A program made the position numbers and the translations under genes. DNA of 64,000 nucleotides from Clostridia bacterium (GTDB lineage: Bacteria; Bacillota; Clostridia; Christensenellales; Aristaeellaceae), in assembly GCA_017410455.1 (NCBI GenBank), contig JAFQQT010000027.1, forward strand, positions 15,028 to 79,027, in the 5' to 3' direction. This document shows positions 28,408 through 37,895 of this stretch, in pieces; the first letter of the stretch is position 1; every line of letters starts with the position of its first letter. Below the pieces are notes generated by a model that worked only from the letters and a program-made list of their open reading frames with translations, ran no database searches and had not been told where the DNA came from.

Positions 28408-29406
28408 TTATAGGAGCTTGATCAGCATCGTCCGCTGCTCGTCCATCTCGACCTCCACCAGGCCGTCCTTCTCCAGCTGCTTCATCACATCGGAGAAGCG
28501 CTTGAAGCCGATGGCGCGCTCGTTGAAGCCGGGGTAGGTGGTGAGGATGTCCGCCTTGAGGATGGAGGGGTTCACGCGCTCGAAGCCGCCCTCCTTGTAG
28601 GCCTGGAGCTGGGCGGCGAAGGCGTCGCGCCAGTTCTCCCGGGTCAGCTGGGACTGGGCCTCGGCAGCGTCACCGCTGTTCAGGCGCACCATCACGTTGA
28701 AGTTGTCGTTCGTCACGTGGATGTCTCCGAACCGGCTGGCCAGGCGCGTCAGGAGCTTGTAGAAGGACGCGCAGCCGTAGGTCTTCTCATTGAAGTCCGG
28801 GCGCAGGCGGGTCAGCACGCCCTTGAGCTCAGAGGCGTACATCTCGTCCATGCCGCTGGACTCGTCCACGATGGACACCACCAGCTTGTTCAGCTCGGCC
28901 TCGTCCGCGGCCTCCTCGCTCACGGCAGCGGCGGTGCGCTGCTTCTTTGCGCGGGCGGGAGCGGCGGCCTTGCGGCTCATGCCCTCCAGGAACTGGAACT
29001 CGTTGCACGCGTTGATGAACACATTGCTGGCGGCTTCCGAGCGGCTGATGCCCAGGACGAACTTGCCCATCGACTTCAGCTTGCCCACCAGGGGGACGTA
29101 GTCGCTGTCGCCGGACACGATGCAGAAGCTGTCGATCAGCGGGTTCGAATAAGCCACGGACAGCGCGTCGATGACCAGCTGGATGTCGGCATTGTTCTTC
29201 TGGGCGATGCCGTAGCGCAGGCTGGGCACAACGGTGAAGGTGTTGGAGAGCAGCGTCTCCTTCAGGGCGGAGAAGCGGTCGGTGTAGCCGTAGACCATGC
29301 CCAGGAGGATATCGCCGCGGATCTTGACCTTCTCCAGCACGCTTTGCAGGGTCTCCACCCGCGCGCCGCAGTTCTCCAGGTCGATAAACACAGCAAATTT
29401 TGCCAT
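28408..29406 (-). CDS. NYN-domain (PIN-like RNase) protein with C-terminal OST-HTH/LOTUS-like region
   Basis: Track ORF trimmed to MAKFAVFIDLEN at 29406. CIVSGDSDYVPLV motif. Confidence 0.8.
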   Translation of the reverse strand: MAKFAVFIDLENCGARVETLQSVLEKVKIRGDILLGMVYGYTDRFSALKETLLSNTFTVVPSLRYGIAQKNNADIQLVIDALSVAYSNPLIDSFCIVSGDSDYVPLVGKLKSMGKFVLGISRSEAASNVFINACNEFQFLEGMSRKAAAPARAKKQRTAAAVSEEAADEAELNKLVVSIVDESSGMDEMYASELKGVLTRLRPDFNEKTYGCASFYKLLTRLASRFGDIHVTNDNFNVMVRLNSGDAAEAQSQLTRENWRDAFAAQLQAYKEGGFERVNPSILKADILTTYPGFNERAIGFKRFSDVMKQLEKDGLVEVEMDEQRTMLIKLL

Positions 29407-29438
29407 TGTGATGATCCTTTCTTGTCGAATTCGCCGCC

Positions 29439-30155
29439 TCAGATGCGGAAGGTGAACCGGTCGCCCCGGATGACCTGGCAGGAGGTGTGCAGCGGCGAGC
29501 CATTCTGGTTGAAGATGATCTGGTTGAGCATCAGCAGCGCGTCGCCGGCGTTCACGCCCAGCAGACGGGCCTGGGCGGGGGTGGCGTAGCAGAGGCTGAT
29601 CTCGTGGATGCCCCGGGTGGGCAGCATCCCCCGTGCCTCCAGCAGGGTGTAGAGCGAGCCATCCAGGTCCGCGTCCAGCAGCCAGCTGCAGCCGGGGCCG
29701 AAGCAGTTCGTTTCCAGCATGACGGGTTCGCCATCTGCCGTGCGCAGGCGGGTGATCTCCACGCACTGCCCCTCCGGCGAAAGGCCCAGATCCGCGCGGA
29801 CCGTTGCATCCGGGGTGGTCATGCGGGCGGAAATCAGGCGCGTGCCCGGCGTGCGGCCCGTCAGGCGGCAGGCCTCATGGAAGCTGATGACGTCCCGCAG
29901 GCTCTGGCTGATGCGGGGTGCGCACACGAAGGTGCCCTTGCCCTGCATGCGGCGCAGCAGGCCCTCCCGCGTCAGCTCCGCCAGCGCCTTCCGCACCGTG
30001 ACCCGGCTGACCCGGTAGGTCTGGCAAAGCTCCGTTTCGGAGGGGATGCGGCTATGGGGCGGGTACACACCCCCGGCGATATCGTCGCGCAGGCGCTCCA
30101 TCAGCTGGCGATAAAGGGGACTGGCGCTCTCGTTGACGAGCATGTTTGCGTTCAT
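29439..30155 (-). CDS. GntR-family regulator with UTRA effector domain
   Basis: Trimmed to MNANMLV (AGGAGG RBS). HTH PSETELCQTYRVSRVTVRKALAEL. Confidence 0.85.
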   Translation of the reverse strand: MNANMLVNESASPLYRQLMERLRDDIAGGVYPPHSRIPSETELCQTYRVSRVTVRKALAELTREGLLRRMQGKGTFVCAPRISQSLRDVISFHEACRLTGRTPGTRLISARMTTPDATVRADLGLSPEGQCVEITRLRTADGEPVMLETNCFGPGCSWLLDADLDGSLYTLLEARGMLPTRGIHEISLCYATPAQARLLGVNAGDALLMLNQIIFNQNGSPLHTSCQVIRGDRFTFRI

Positions 30156-30459
30156 AACGGCCTCCTGTGCAACGTTGGTGGGGGGATATGTGGCCTGGTG
30201 ACCGGGGGGTGTGCGGTTCTTTGCTGCTCGCACGTCCGAACAGCCACAGCGGAACGTTCAGCCCTGCCCTCCGGCATCATCATCCACACCATTCGCCTCC
30301 GGCGAACTCCCGCCTGGCATGTAAACCACGCTCACATCCCAGTATATCATTTTTCCCGGGAAATTTCCACTCCTTTATAGACAAAACAGGCATTTCAGAG
30401 TACAATGATTGATGAGAACATCCCGAAACCGTTCAATCGCCACCCGGAGGAGAGCAGCC

Positions 30460-31230
30460 ATGTATACCGAACCGACCCTGTCCGCCTGCATCGTACTGTA
30501 CAATTCCGGCTCGCGGGCTGCGCAGGCCGTGAGATCCTTTCAGGAGAGCGACGTGCCGCTGCAGCTCTATGTGGTGGACAACGCACCCGGGGACAGCAAC
30601 ATGTACCGCCTCAGGTGGCAGTGCCCGGGGCTGATCTACAAAGCGCAGCCCAGAAACATCGGCTATGGCCGGGCGAACAACCAGGTCCTGCCCCACCTGA
30701 CGAGCAAGTACCACATCATCTGCAACCCGGACGTCACCTTCTCCAGCGACCTGCTGGGCAAGATGGTGCAGTACATGGAGCTGCACCGGGACTGCGCGGT
30801 GCTCAGCCCGCGCTTCTTCAACCCCGATGGCACCGAGCAGTTCCTGCCCAAGCGCGCGCCCACGGTGCGCTACCTGCTGGGCGGGCGGCTGGAGAAGCTT
30901 CCCGGCCCCTTCCGCGCCTGGCGCAGCCAGTACACCCTAAGGGACATGAACCTGGAAACGCCCACGAGCGTCTACTTCGCGCCGGGGTGCTTCCTGATGA
31001 TCCGCACGTCGGTGTTCCGCGCCGTGGGCGGCTTCGACCCCCGCTTCTTCCTCTACCATGAGGACAGCGACCTCTCCCGCAAGGTGCTCCACTACGGCAA
31101 CATCGTCTATCACCCGCAGTTCTTCGTCACCCACGACTGGCAGCGCGCCAGCGCCCACAGCCTCGTCCAGGCCGGCCACCACATCGCCAGCACGGTCAAG
31201 TACTTCGCCAAATGGGGGCTGGAATGGTAA
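30460..31230 (+). CDS. family-2 glycosyltransferase
   Basis: Trimmed to MYTEPTLSACIVLYN. VVDNAPGD and YHEDSDLS motifs. Confidence 0.8.
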   Translation: MYTEPTLSACIVLYNSGSRAAQAVRSFQESDVPLQLYVVDNAPGDSNMYRLRWQCPGLIYKAQPRNIGYGRANNQVLPHLTSKYHIICNPDVTFSSDLLGKMVQYMELHRDCAVLSPRFFNPDGTEQFLPKRAPTVRYLLGGRLEKLPGPFRAWRSQYTLRDMNLETPTSVYFAPGCFLMIRTSVFRAVGGFDPRFFLYHEDSDLSRKVLHYGNIVYHPQFFVTHDWQRASAHSLVQAGHHIASTVKYFAKWGLEW

Positions 31231-32144
31231 GCGTGCTGCTGGCGACCTTCGAGGGCATGGCGCACCTGCCGGAGCAGATCGCCACGCTCCGGGGGCAGAC
31301 GGCGGACTTCCGCGTCCTCTGGCAGGACGATGGCTCCACCGACGGCACGGCGGACTTCCTCGCCTCCCTGGCGGATGGCCGCTTCACCCCCGGCAATCAG
31401 CAGGGCCAGCACCTGGGCGCGACGGGCAACTTCCTCAGCCTCCTCCGCCAGGATGACGCGCCGTACACCGCCCTGTGCGATCAGGATGACCTGTGGCAGC
31501 CGGAGAAGCTTGCCCGGTGCCTGGCCGCCATGGTGCAGGCCGAAGCGGCGTACGGCCCGGAAACGCCCATTCTCATCCACCACGACTGCCGCGTGGTCAG
31601 CGCGGATGGCGCCGTCCTCCACGACAGTTTCTTCCGCCATCAGGGCTGGGATCCCCGGGCGAATACCCTCCCCCGCCTGCTGGTGCAGAACAACGTGACC
31701 GGCTGCACCTGCGTGATGAACGCCGCCCTGCGCCGCCTGGTGGCGGAGCACGCCCGGGCGGAGAGCCTCTTCATGCACGACTGGTTCATCGCCCTGACCG
31801 CCGCCGCCTTCGGGCATATCGTCTTCGTGGACGCACCCCTGGTGGACTACCGCCAGCACGGCAGCAACGTGCTGGGCGCCAGCCGCCACGGGCTGATCCG
31901 CCGGGGGATTGCCGCCCTGCGCACGCCCGAGCGCGCCCGGGATCGCATCCGCCTGACTTACCGGCAGGCCCGCGCCTTCCGCGACCTGTACGCCGGTGCG
32001 CTGCCGGAGACGGCCGCCGCCATTGTGGATGGCTACCTCGCTATCGGGGGGCTGCCCAAGAGCAAGCGCCTCGCCGCGCTGAAGGCGGGCGGGTACCTGA
32101 TGCAGAGCCCCCTGACCCGGCTGGGGCAGAGGATCTTCGGCTAA
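31224..32144 (+). CDS. family-2 glycosyltransferase (rhamnosyltransferase-like)
   Basis: ATG overlaps the upstream stop. WQDDGSTDGT and CDQDDLW motifs. Confidence 0.8.
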   Translation: MVSVLLATFEGMAHLPEQIATLRGQTADFRVLWQDDGSTDGTADFLASLADGRFTPGNQQGQHLGATGNFLSLLRQDDAPYTALCDQDDLWQPEKLARCLAAMVQAEAAYGPETPILIHHDCRVVSADGAVLHDSFFRHQGWDPRANTLPRLLVQNNVTGCTCVMNAALRRLVAEHARAESLFMHDWFIALTAAAFGHIVFVDAPLVDYRQHGSNVLGASRHGLIRRGIAALRTPERARDRIRLTYRQARAFRDLYAGALPETAAAIVDGYLAIGGLPKSKRLAALKAGGYLMQSPLTRLGQRIFG

Positions 32145-32214
32145 CGAATAAGCGCACACGCTGATGTGCGCTTTTTTTGATGCAGCTGTGCCGGTGCCCC
32201 GCGAACTCCCTCAG

Positions 32215-32575
32215 TCATCGGGGAGGGATCCTTGGGTGTGCGCTTGTGCGGCCGGGTGAATCAAGCAGCATGAGGCTGGTACGGGGCTGTTGTGGGGGGC
32301 GTATTTCCCGTTGACTGTGCGGGCATGCCGCATGCAGGCAACCAATGGTCGCCCCTACGGGGACACACGCCACCTCACGCCCCGACGGCGGCGTATTTCC
32401 GTTGACTGCGCAGTCATGCCGCATGCGGGCCGCTGACAGCCACCCCGACAAGGCTTCCGGCTCATCCGGCCTCTCCTGCGCCCCGCCCCCACCATCCAAA
32501 TTCATAATTCCTAATTCCTAATTCATAATTCCTGATCCTCCCCCGTCCCCACCATCCAGATTCCGAATTCAAAAC
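32215..32575 (-). repeat. composite intergenic repeat with one full and one partial AT-rich module
   Basis: Internal direct repeat GGCGTATTTCC(C)GTTGACTG..CATGCCGCATGC. AT modules at 32496-32538 and 32556-32575. Confidence 0.75.
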
Positions 32576-32612
32576 AGGACGCTCCCCACCCAGGAGGGAA
32601 CGTCCCGTTTTG
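32570..32612 (-). terminator. terminator of the hydrogenase operon
   Basis: ACAGGACG..CGTCCCGT stem with flanking A/T runs on both sides. Confidence 0.6.
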
Positions 32613-32623
32613 TATGTGTGCCC

Positions 32624-34063
32624 TTACTGCAGCATGGACACCGCGTCGCTGATGGTCTTCTCCACCGCCTCGCGGCCGTAGCGGTCCACCGCAGCGGCGT
32701 TCTTGTCGCCGTGGGTCAGGCAGCCCGCGCCGTTGATGCAGCCGCCCAGGCAGGCCATGCCCTCGATGAAGTTGCCGCCCAGGATCTTGGGGTTCTTCGA
32801 GAGCTTGAGCAGCGCCATGCGGCACTCCTCGATGCCGCTGCAGACCACGGGCCTTGCCTCGAAGTCGATGCCCTGCTCCTTGAGCGCCTGCGCCACGGCC
32901 TCCGACAGGCCGCCCACGCGGGCGAAGATGCGGCCGAAGTAGCTGGCGTTGTCCAGCACGTCCTCGGGCAGGTCGCTGATCTCGATGTCCCGGCTGTCAA
33001 AGAGCGCCTGCAGCTCCTCGAAGGTCATCACAGCGTCCACATAGTCCTTCACCGTGTCCAGCTGGCGCTCAGCCTTCTTGGCCGTGCAGGGGCCGATGAA
33101 GACGACCTTGGAGGTCGGGTCGGTGGACTTGATGTACTTCGCCAGGGCAGCCATGGGGCTGAGGTTGTGGGAGACGAAGTCCGCCAGCTCGGGGAAGGCG
33201 GTCCTGATGTAGCGCACGAAGGCGGGGCAGCAGGAGGAGGTCATGGCGCCCTTCTCGGCCACCTTCTCCACCAGCTCCTGGCTCTCGGTCATGGCCACCA
33301 GATCCGCGCCCAGGGCCGCCTCGATGACGGTGTGGAAGCCCAGCTGCTTCATGCCGGTGATGGCCTGGCCCACCTTGGCGTGGCTGAACTGGCTGGAGAA
33401 CGCCGGGGCCACGATGGCGTAGACCTTGTAGGCCGTGTTGCCCTGGGAGCCCACCAGCATGCTGATCACGTCCATGATGAAGCTCTTGTCCTGGATGGCG
33501 CCGAAGGGGCACTGGTACACGCACGCGCCGCACTGGATGCACTTCTCATCGTTGATGGCGGCGGCGCCGTCGGGGCTGATGTCGATGGCCTTGATCTTGC
33601 AGGCCAGCTGGCAGGGGCGCTTGCGGTTGACGATGGCGCCGAAGGGGCAGACCTTGGCGCACTGGCCGCACTCGACGCACTTGCTCTTGTCGATGTGCGC
33701 CACATGCTGGTGGTCAAAGGAGATGGCCTTGCGCTTGCACACGTCCTCGCAGCGGTTGGCAAGGCAGCCACGGCAGCTGCCCGTCACCTCGTAGCCCGCA
33801 GCAGGGCACTCATCGCAGGCGATGTCGATCACCTCGATGATGTTGGGGTTGGCGCGGTTGCCGCCCATGGCCAGCTTCACCCGCTCGCCCAGGATCGCCC
33901 GCTCCTTGTACACGCAGCAGCGCATGGTGGGCGTTTTGCCCGGCACGATCACCTTGGGAATCTCCAGCACCTCTTCCGGGGTCAGGCCGTCCCAGGCCCG
34001 GCGGGCCACCTCACGCAGCACCTTGTACTTGAGGTACTGGACTTTCGTATCAAACTTTCTCAT
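32624..34063 (-). CDS. [FeFe]-hydrogenase catalytic protein (short, group-B-like)
   Basis: H-cluster motifs TSSCCPAFV, GPCTAKKAE and EGMACLGGCINGAG. Ferredoxin motifs CVECGQCAKVCP and CIQCGACVYQCP. Confidence 0.85.
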   Translation of the reverse strand: MRKFDTKVQYLKYKVLREVARRAWDGLTPEEVLEIPKVIVPGKTPTMRCCVYKERAILGERVKLAMGGNRANPNIIEVIDIACDECPAAGYEVTGSCRGCLANRCEDVCKRKAISFDHQHVAHIDKSKCVECGQCAKVCPFGAIVNRKRPCQLACKIKAIDISPDGAAAINDEKCIQCGACVYQCPFGAIQDKSFIMDVISMLVGSQGNTAYKVYAIVAPAFSSQFSHAKVGQAITGMKQLGFHTVIEAALGADLVAMTESQELVEKVAEKGAMTSSCCPAFVRYIRTAFPELADFVSHNLSPMAALAKYIKSTDPTSKVVFIGPCTAKKAERQLDTVKDYVDAVMTFEELQALFDSRDIEISDLPEDVLDNASYFGRIFARVGGLSEAVAQALKEQGIDFEARPVVCSGIEECRMALLKLSKNPKILGGNFIEGMACLGGCINGAGCLTHGDKNAAAVDRYGREAVEKTISDAVSMLQ

Positions 34064-34075
34064 CGCACATTCTCC

Positions 34076-35245
34076 TTAGAAATAACTTACCTTCACGCGC
34101 TTGCCCATCTCGCGCAGGCACTTGGTCAGCTCCTCCACCAGGTTCATCTTGATGTTGAAGTTGATGGGCAGGTCGGGGTTCTGATGGGCGGGGTTGATGG
34201 CGCGCCCGACGTAGAAGCTGATGTCCGTCGCCTCCTCGAACAGCAGGCGGCTGATCTGGCTGGCGCCGTCGCGCTTGAGGCTCCAGTGCTCATAGTGCAG
34301 GTTGGGGCCCAGATAATCCCTGGCATACTCCACCACCTTGTTGATGGTGATGACGCCCTCGGTGACCAGATCCACGCCCTCGATGGTGGCCGTGGGGGGG
34401 AGGTCGGAGGAGAAGTCCAGGTTGGCGCGCAGGGGCTTGCCCAGGTAGCGGGCGGCGATGGTGGAGGTGGTGCCGCCGCAGACGATGTGCTTGCCCGCCT
34501 TGGAGAAGAAGAGCGACATCATCCGGTCCGCGTCGTCGCGGTTGAAGGGCGGGCCGAAGAGCAGGTTCATCGGCTCGCGCTTGCGGATTTTCACCACGCA
34601 GGCGGTGGTGTCATCGCCCGGCTCGTGGCCGTAGAGCTTGTCGCACTCGTCCACCAGCATGGTGGCCAGGGTCTTGGCCGTGTACCCCACCGGGGTCAGC
34701 ATGGTCATGAAGTCGATGATGTCCTCGCGCTTCCAGCCGAAGTTGTAGGCGATGCCGATGCCCGCATGGGGGCAGCCGTCCGACATCGCGACGAAGACGT
34801 CCCCCTCCTGCAGGCGCACGACGGACTTGTAGATCGTCTTGCCGCCCACGTGCATCTCCGTCCGGGGGTAGATGTAGTTCTTGTCCCCGCGGATGAGGAT
34901 GACCTGCGGGTTGTCATACTGGATGATCTCGGCCCGCTCGTTATCCCGGATGTGGATGATGGTGAAGGTGGAGTAGGCCACGCCGCGCACCGAGCACACC
35001 GGGAGGGTGGCCGCGATGGTGTTGACGCACTCCTCCAGCGGCAGGCCCTCGGCCAGCATGGTGGAGATGATCCGGGAGGTCAGCGTGGAGAGGATGGACG
35101 CCTTGACCCCGCTGCCCAGTCCGTCGGAGAGCACGATGACCATGGAGTTCTCATCCGGCTCGACGATATCGACATGGTCGCCGCAGAGCTGCTCGCCGAC
35201 GTGGTTGATGCTCTTGTAGCCAATATCGGCGCAAAGGTCATTCAT
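34076..35245 (-). CDS. SpoIIE/PP2C-family serine phosphatase
   Basis: GDHVDIV...VLSDGLGSGVKAS. The start overlaps the HydS stop (ATGAATGA). Confidence 0.85.
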   Translation of the reverse strand: MNDLCADIGYKSINHVGEQLCGDHVDIVEPDENSMVIVLSDGLGSGVKASILSTLTSRIISTMLAEGLPLEECVNTIAATLPVCSVRGVAYSTFTIIHIRDNERAEIIQYDNPQVILIRGDKNYIYPRTEMHVGGKTIYKSVVRLQEGDVFVAMSDGCPHAGIGIAYNFGWKREDIIDFMTMLTPVGYTAKTLATMLVDECDKLYGHEPGDDTTACVVKIRKREPMNLLFGPPFNRDDADRMMSLFFSKAGKHIVCGGTTSTIAARYLGKPLRANLDFSSDLPPTATIEGVDLVTEGVITINKVVEYARDYLGPNLHYEHWSLKRDGASQISRLLFEEATDISFYVGRAINPAHQNPDLPINFNIKMNLVEELTKCLREMGKRVKVSYF

Positions 35246-36911
35246 TCATGATCGACTCCTTCAGCTTCGTCAGCGCGATCTTCGTCTCCGCTGCGGTTTC
35301 GCCCAGAAGGGACGCGATTTCCTGCACGATGCGCATCTGCTTTTCCACCACGCGGTCCGCCACCTCGATGGTCTGCTGGCTGATGATCTCCTTGCGCTCG
35401 CGGGCGGAGGCCTCCTCCGTCACGTCGCGCATGATGCCGATGAGCAGGTGGGAATCCCGGTCGTACATCACCGTCATATCCACATACACGCGGTACTCCG
35501 CCAGATACATGCGGTGGCCAGTCACGTTGCGGCAGCTCTCCAGCACCTGGCGGAAGATGCCGGGCTCCAGGATCCGCACCACCTGCGCGCCCAGCACATC
35601 CGAAGCCGAGCGGATGTTGAACATGCGGCGGGCAGCGGAGTTGATCTGCTGCACCTCCAGCTTGTCGTTGAGGACGATCAGGCCGTTGGGGGTGTTTTCG
35701 ACGATGGTATCGGAGAAGGATTCGGCCTTGTCCTTCAGGTAGGGCAGGCACATCGAGATCTCCGCCTTGCCCTGGCAGACGGCGATGGCCTTCTCCCGGC
35801 AGGTGCTGTAGCCGCAGGAGCCGCAGTTGAGCTCCTGCTCGGGGCGGAACTTGCCCATCTGGCGCAGCACGGCGTTGATCTCCGCCTCCGTGGGCTGGGC
35901 CAGGTGCGGGGCGATGTAGCTGAAGCCCTTCTTCACGTCCAGGGGGTCGGGCTGCGTCACGGGGAAGTCGCCCTCACCGGCGTAGCCCGCCACGGCCAGA
36001 TAATCCTGCACGAGGGCCTTCGAATGCTTCTCCATCACCGGGCCGCCCACGCAGCTGCCCACGCAGGCGCTCATCTCGATGAAGCACTTGTGCACCTTGC
36101 CGGCAACGATCTCATTGAGCGCGGCGATGCAGTTCTCCACCCCGTCCAGAGCGATGAAGGTGTAGCCCGGCTGGGTCTGCGCCATGGTCTTGAGCACGCC
36201 GCCCGTCGTGGGGAAGAAGCGGGCGCGGCTGTTGGGCGCCTCGTCGATCTCCTTTTCCAGGGTGACGCCCTCGGCCTGCAGCCAGCGGGTCAGCTCCTCA
36301 AAGGTCAGCACCGCATCGACGATGCCCTCGTAGTGCTCCGCCTCGTCCTTCTTGGCCACGCAGGGGCCGATGAAGACCGTCTTCGCCTGAGGCATGCGCC
36401 GCTTGATGTCCAGGCAGTGGGCCTGCATGGGGCTAACCACATCCGCCAGGTACTCCAGCGCCGCGGGGAAGTACTTCTGGATCAGCAGGTTAATGGAGTG
36501 GCAGCAGGAGGTGATGATCACGTCCCGCGCCTCCTCGCGGAGCATGCGCTCGTACTCATTCTTGACGATGGTGGCGCCGATGGCGGTCTCCTCCACGTCG
36601 TGGAAGCCCAGCCGCTTCAGCGCGCGCCGCATGGCCTCAATGCCCACGCCCGGATAGTTGGCGATAAAGGAGGGCGCAAGGCTCACCACCACGGGGTCGC
36701 CGGACTGGAGCAGCACCTTGGCCTTCTCCGTGCCATCGACGATCTGCTTGGCATTCTGCGGGCACACCACGAAGCACTGGCCGCAGAGGATGCACTCGTT
36801 GCCCACGATGTGCGCCTGATTGCCGGAGAAGCGGATGGCCTTCACGGGACAATTGCGGATGCACTTGTAGCAGTTCTTGCAGTTGGACTGCTTCAGGGTG
36901 AGGCAATTCAC
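35238..36911 (-). CDS. hydS: putative sensory [FeFe]-hydrogenase (HydS-like, C-terminal PAS)
   Basis: GTG start. Ferredoxin motifs CKNCYKCIRNCP and CILCGQCFVVCP. H-cluster-like TSCCHSI, GPCVAKKDE and EMSACVGSCVGGP. An extra cluster CGSCGYSTCREKAIAVCQG, then a PAS-like ~110 aa region. Confidence 0.8.
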   Translation of the reverse strand: MNCLTLKQSNCKNCYKCIRNCPVKAIRFSGNQAHIVGNECILCGQCFVVCPQNAKQIVDGTEKAKVLLQSGDPVVVSLAPSFIANYPGVGIEAMRRALKRLGFHDVEETAIGATIVKNEYERMLREEARDVIITSCCHSINLLIQKYFPAALEYLADVVSPMQAHCLDIKRRMPQAKTVFIGPCVAKKDEAEHYEGIVDAVLTFEELTRWLQAEGVTLEKEIDEAPNSRARFFPTTGGVLKTMAQTQPGYTFIALDGVENCIAALNEIVAGKVHKCFIEMSACVGSCVGGPVMEKHSKALVQDYLAVAGYAGEGDFPVTQPDPLDVKKGFSYIAPHLAQPTEAEINAVLRQMGKFRPEQELNCGSCGYSTCREKAIAVCQGKAEISMCLPYLKDKAESFSDTIVENTPNGLIVLNDKLEVQQINSAARRMFNIRSASDVLGAQVVRILEPGIFRQVLESCRNVTGHRMYLAEYRVYVDMTVMYDRDSHLLIGIMRDVTEEASARERKEIISQQTIEVADRVVEKQMRIVQEIASLLGETAAETKIALTKLKESIMNE

Positions 36912-36944
36912 TGCCCGTCACTTCCTCTCAATGTTGTTGTGATG

Positions 36945-37193
36945 TCAGCGGAGCCTGGCGAGCACCTGCTGCTCAAAGAACTCCTGGAAGCCTGCGGGCG
37001 TCACGCCCGCATGGACCTCCTCATCCACCTGCACGGTCACGCCCACGCGGTTGCACTTGCCGATGCAGAAACTGCCCGCCAGGGTCACTTCGCTCTCCAG
37101 CCCGTGATCCGCCACGGCCTGCTGCAGGAGCTCCACGATCTCCGCCGAGCCCTTGATGTGGCAGGAGCTGCCAACGCAAATCTGAATCACCAT
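36945..37193 (-). CDS. thioredoxin-like [2Fe-2S] ferredoxin (NuoE/HndA-like)
   Basis: VGSSCHIKGS ... CIGKCN Cys pattern. Confidence 0.7.
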   Translation of the reverse strand: MVIQICVGSSCHIKGSAEIVELLQQAVADHGLESEVTLAGSFCIGKCNRVGVTVQVDEEVHAGVTPAGFQEFFEQQVLARLR

Positions 37194-37196
37194 CGC

Positions 37197-37436
37197 TTAC
37201 GCCTTGCCTTTCACATGGTCGTTGAAGAACGCTTCGACCGTCTCGGGGGTGACGGAGTGGACCACGTCATCCACCATGACGCACACGCCCTTCTGGCACT
37301 GGCCCATGCAGAAGGCGCCGCCCAGGTCGACCCGATCGGCCAGGCCGTTGTCCTCGATCAGCTTCTTCAGCCCCGTCACCACCTGACGGGAGCCCTTGAT
37401 GTGGCAGGAGCTGCCGATACAAACCGAAATCCTCAT
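37197..37436 (-). CDS. thioredoxin-like [2Fe-2S] ferredoxin, paralogue
   Basis: IGSSCHIKGS ... CMGQCQ Cys pattern. Paralogue of the downstream gene. Confidence 0.7.
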   Translation of the reverse strand: MRISVCIGSSCHIKGSRQVVTGLKKLIEDNGLADRVDLGGAFCMGQCQKGVCVMVDDVVHSVTPETVEAFFNDHVKGKA

Positions 37437-37528
37437 GTGTGATCCTCCTCGTTATCCTGACGCGCCGGGGATGCCTCCCCTGCGCCTGATTTTTCTCCCG
37501 CCCGCCGTTCGCACAGCGAGCCTGTTCT

Positions 37529-37557
37529 ATTATGCCACAAAACGACGGGTTTGGCAA
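37529..37557 (-). promoter_or_regulatory. candidate promoter of the ferredoxin-HydS-PP2C-hydrogenase operon
   Basis: Minus-sense TTGCCA, 17-nt spacer, CATAAT. Confidence 0.45.
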
Positions 37558-37827
37558 TAGTTTAACAATCTTCCGCGGAAATAATTGGGGAGGCAGGGGC
37601 TTGTTGTCTGTGCCGGTGTGGGGTGCCCCAGCGGCAACCCGCACACAGGACAAGCCGCAAAGGATGCACACAACCCCTTCCGCCCTGGCGAAGGCCGCTT
37701 CCTGCACGAACATTCATTCGCACAATACCATCATACCACACCTCCCCTGAAAACGCAAGCTAATCTTTGCTACTTCGTGATAGTCGGTTATGGAAACATA
37801 AACGCGAACAAATTTTCGCAAAAGGGC

Positions 37828-37856
37828 TTGCATTTTCCATCGGGATGTGCTATGAT
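37828..37856 (+). promoter_or_regulatory. candidate plus-strand promoter reading into the tandem repeat array
   Basis: TTGCAT (37828-37833), 17-nt spacer, TATGAT (37851-37856). No RBS or ORF follows. Confidence 0.4.
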
Positions 37857-37895
37857 GATCCTGGGTACAGCGAACGCCCGTTCGTTCACCCAACA

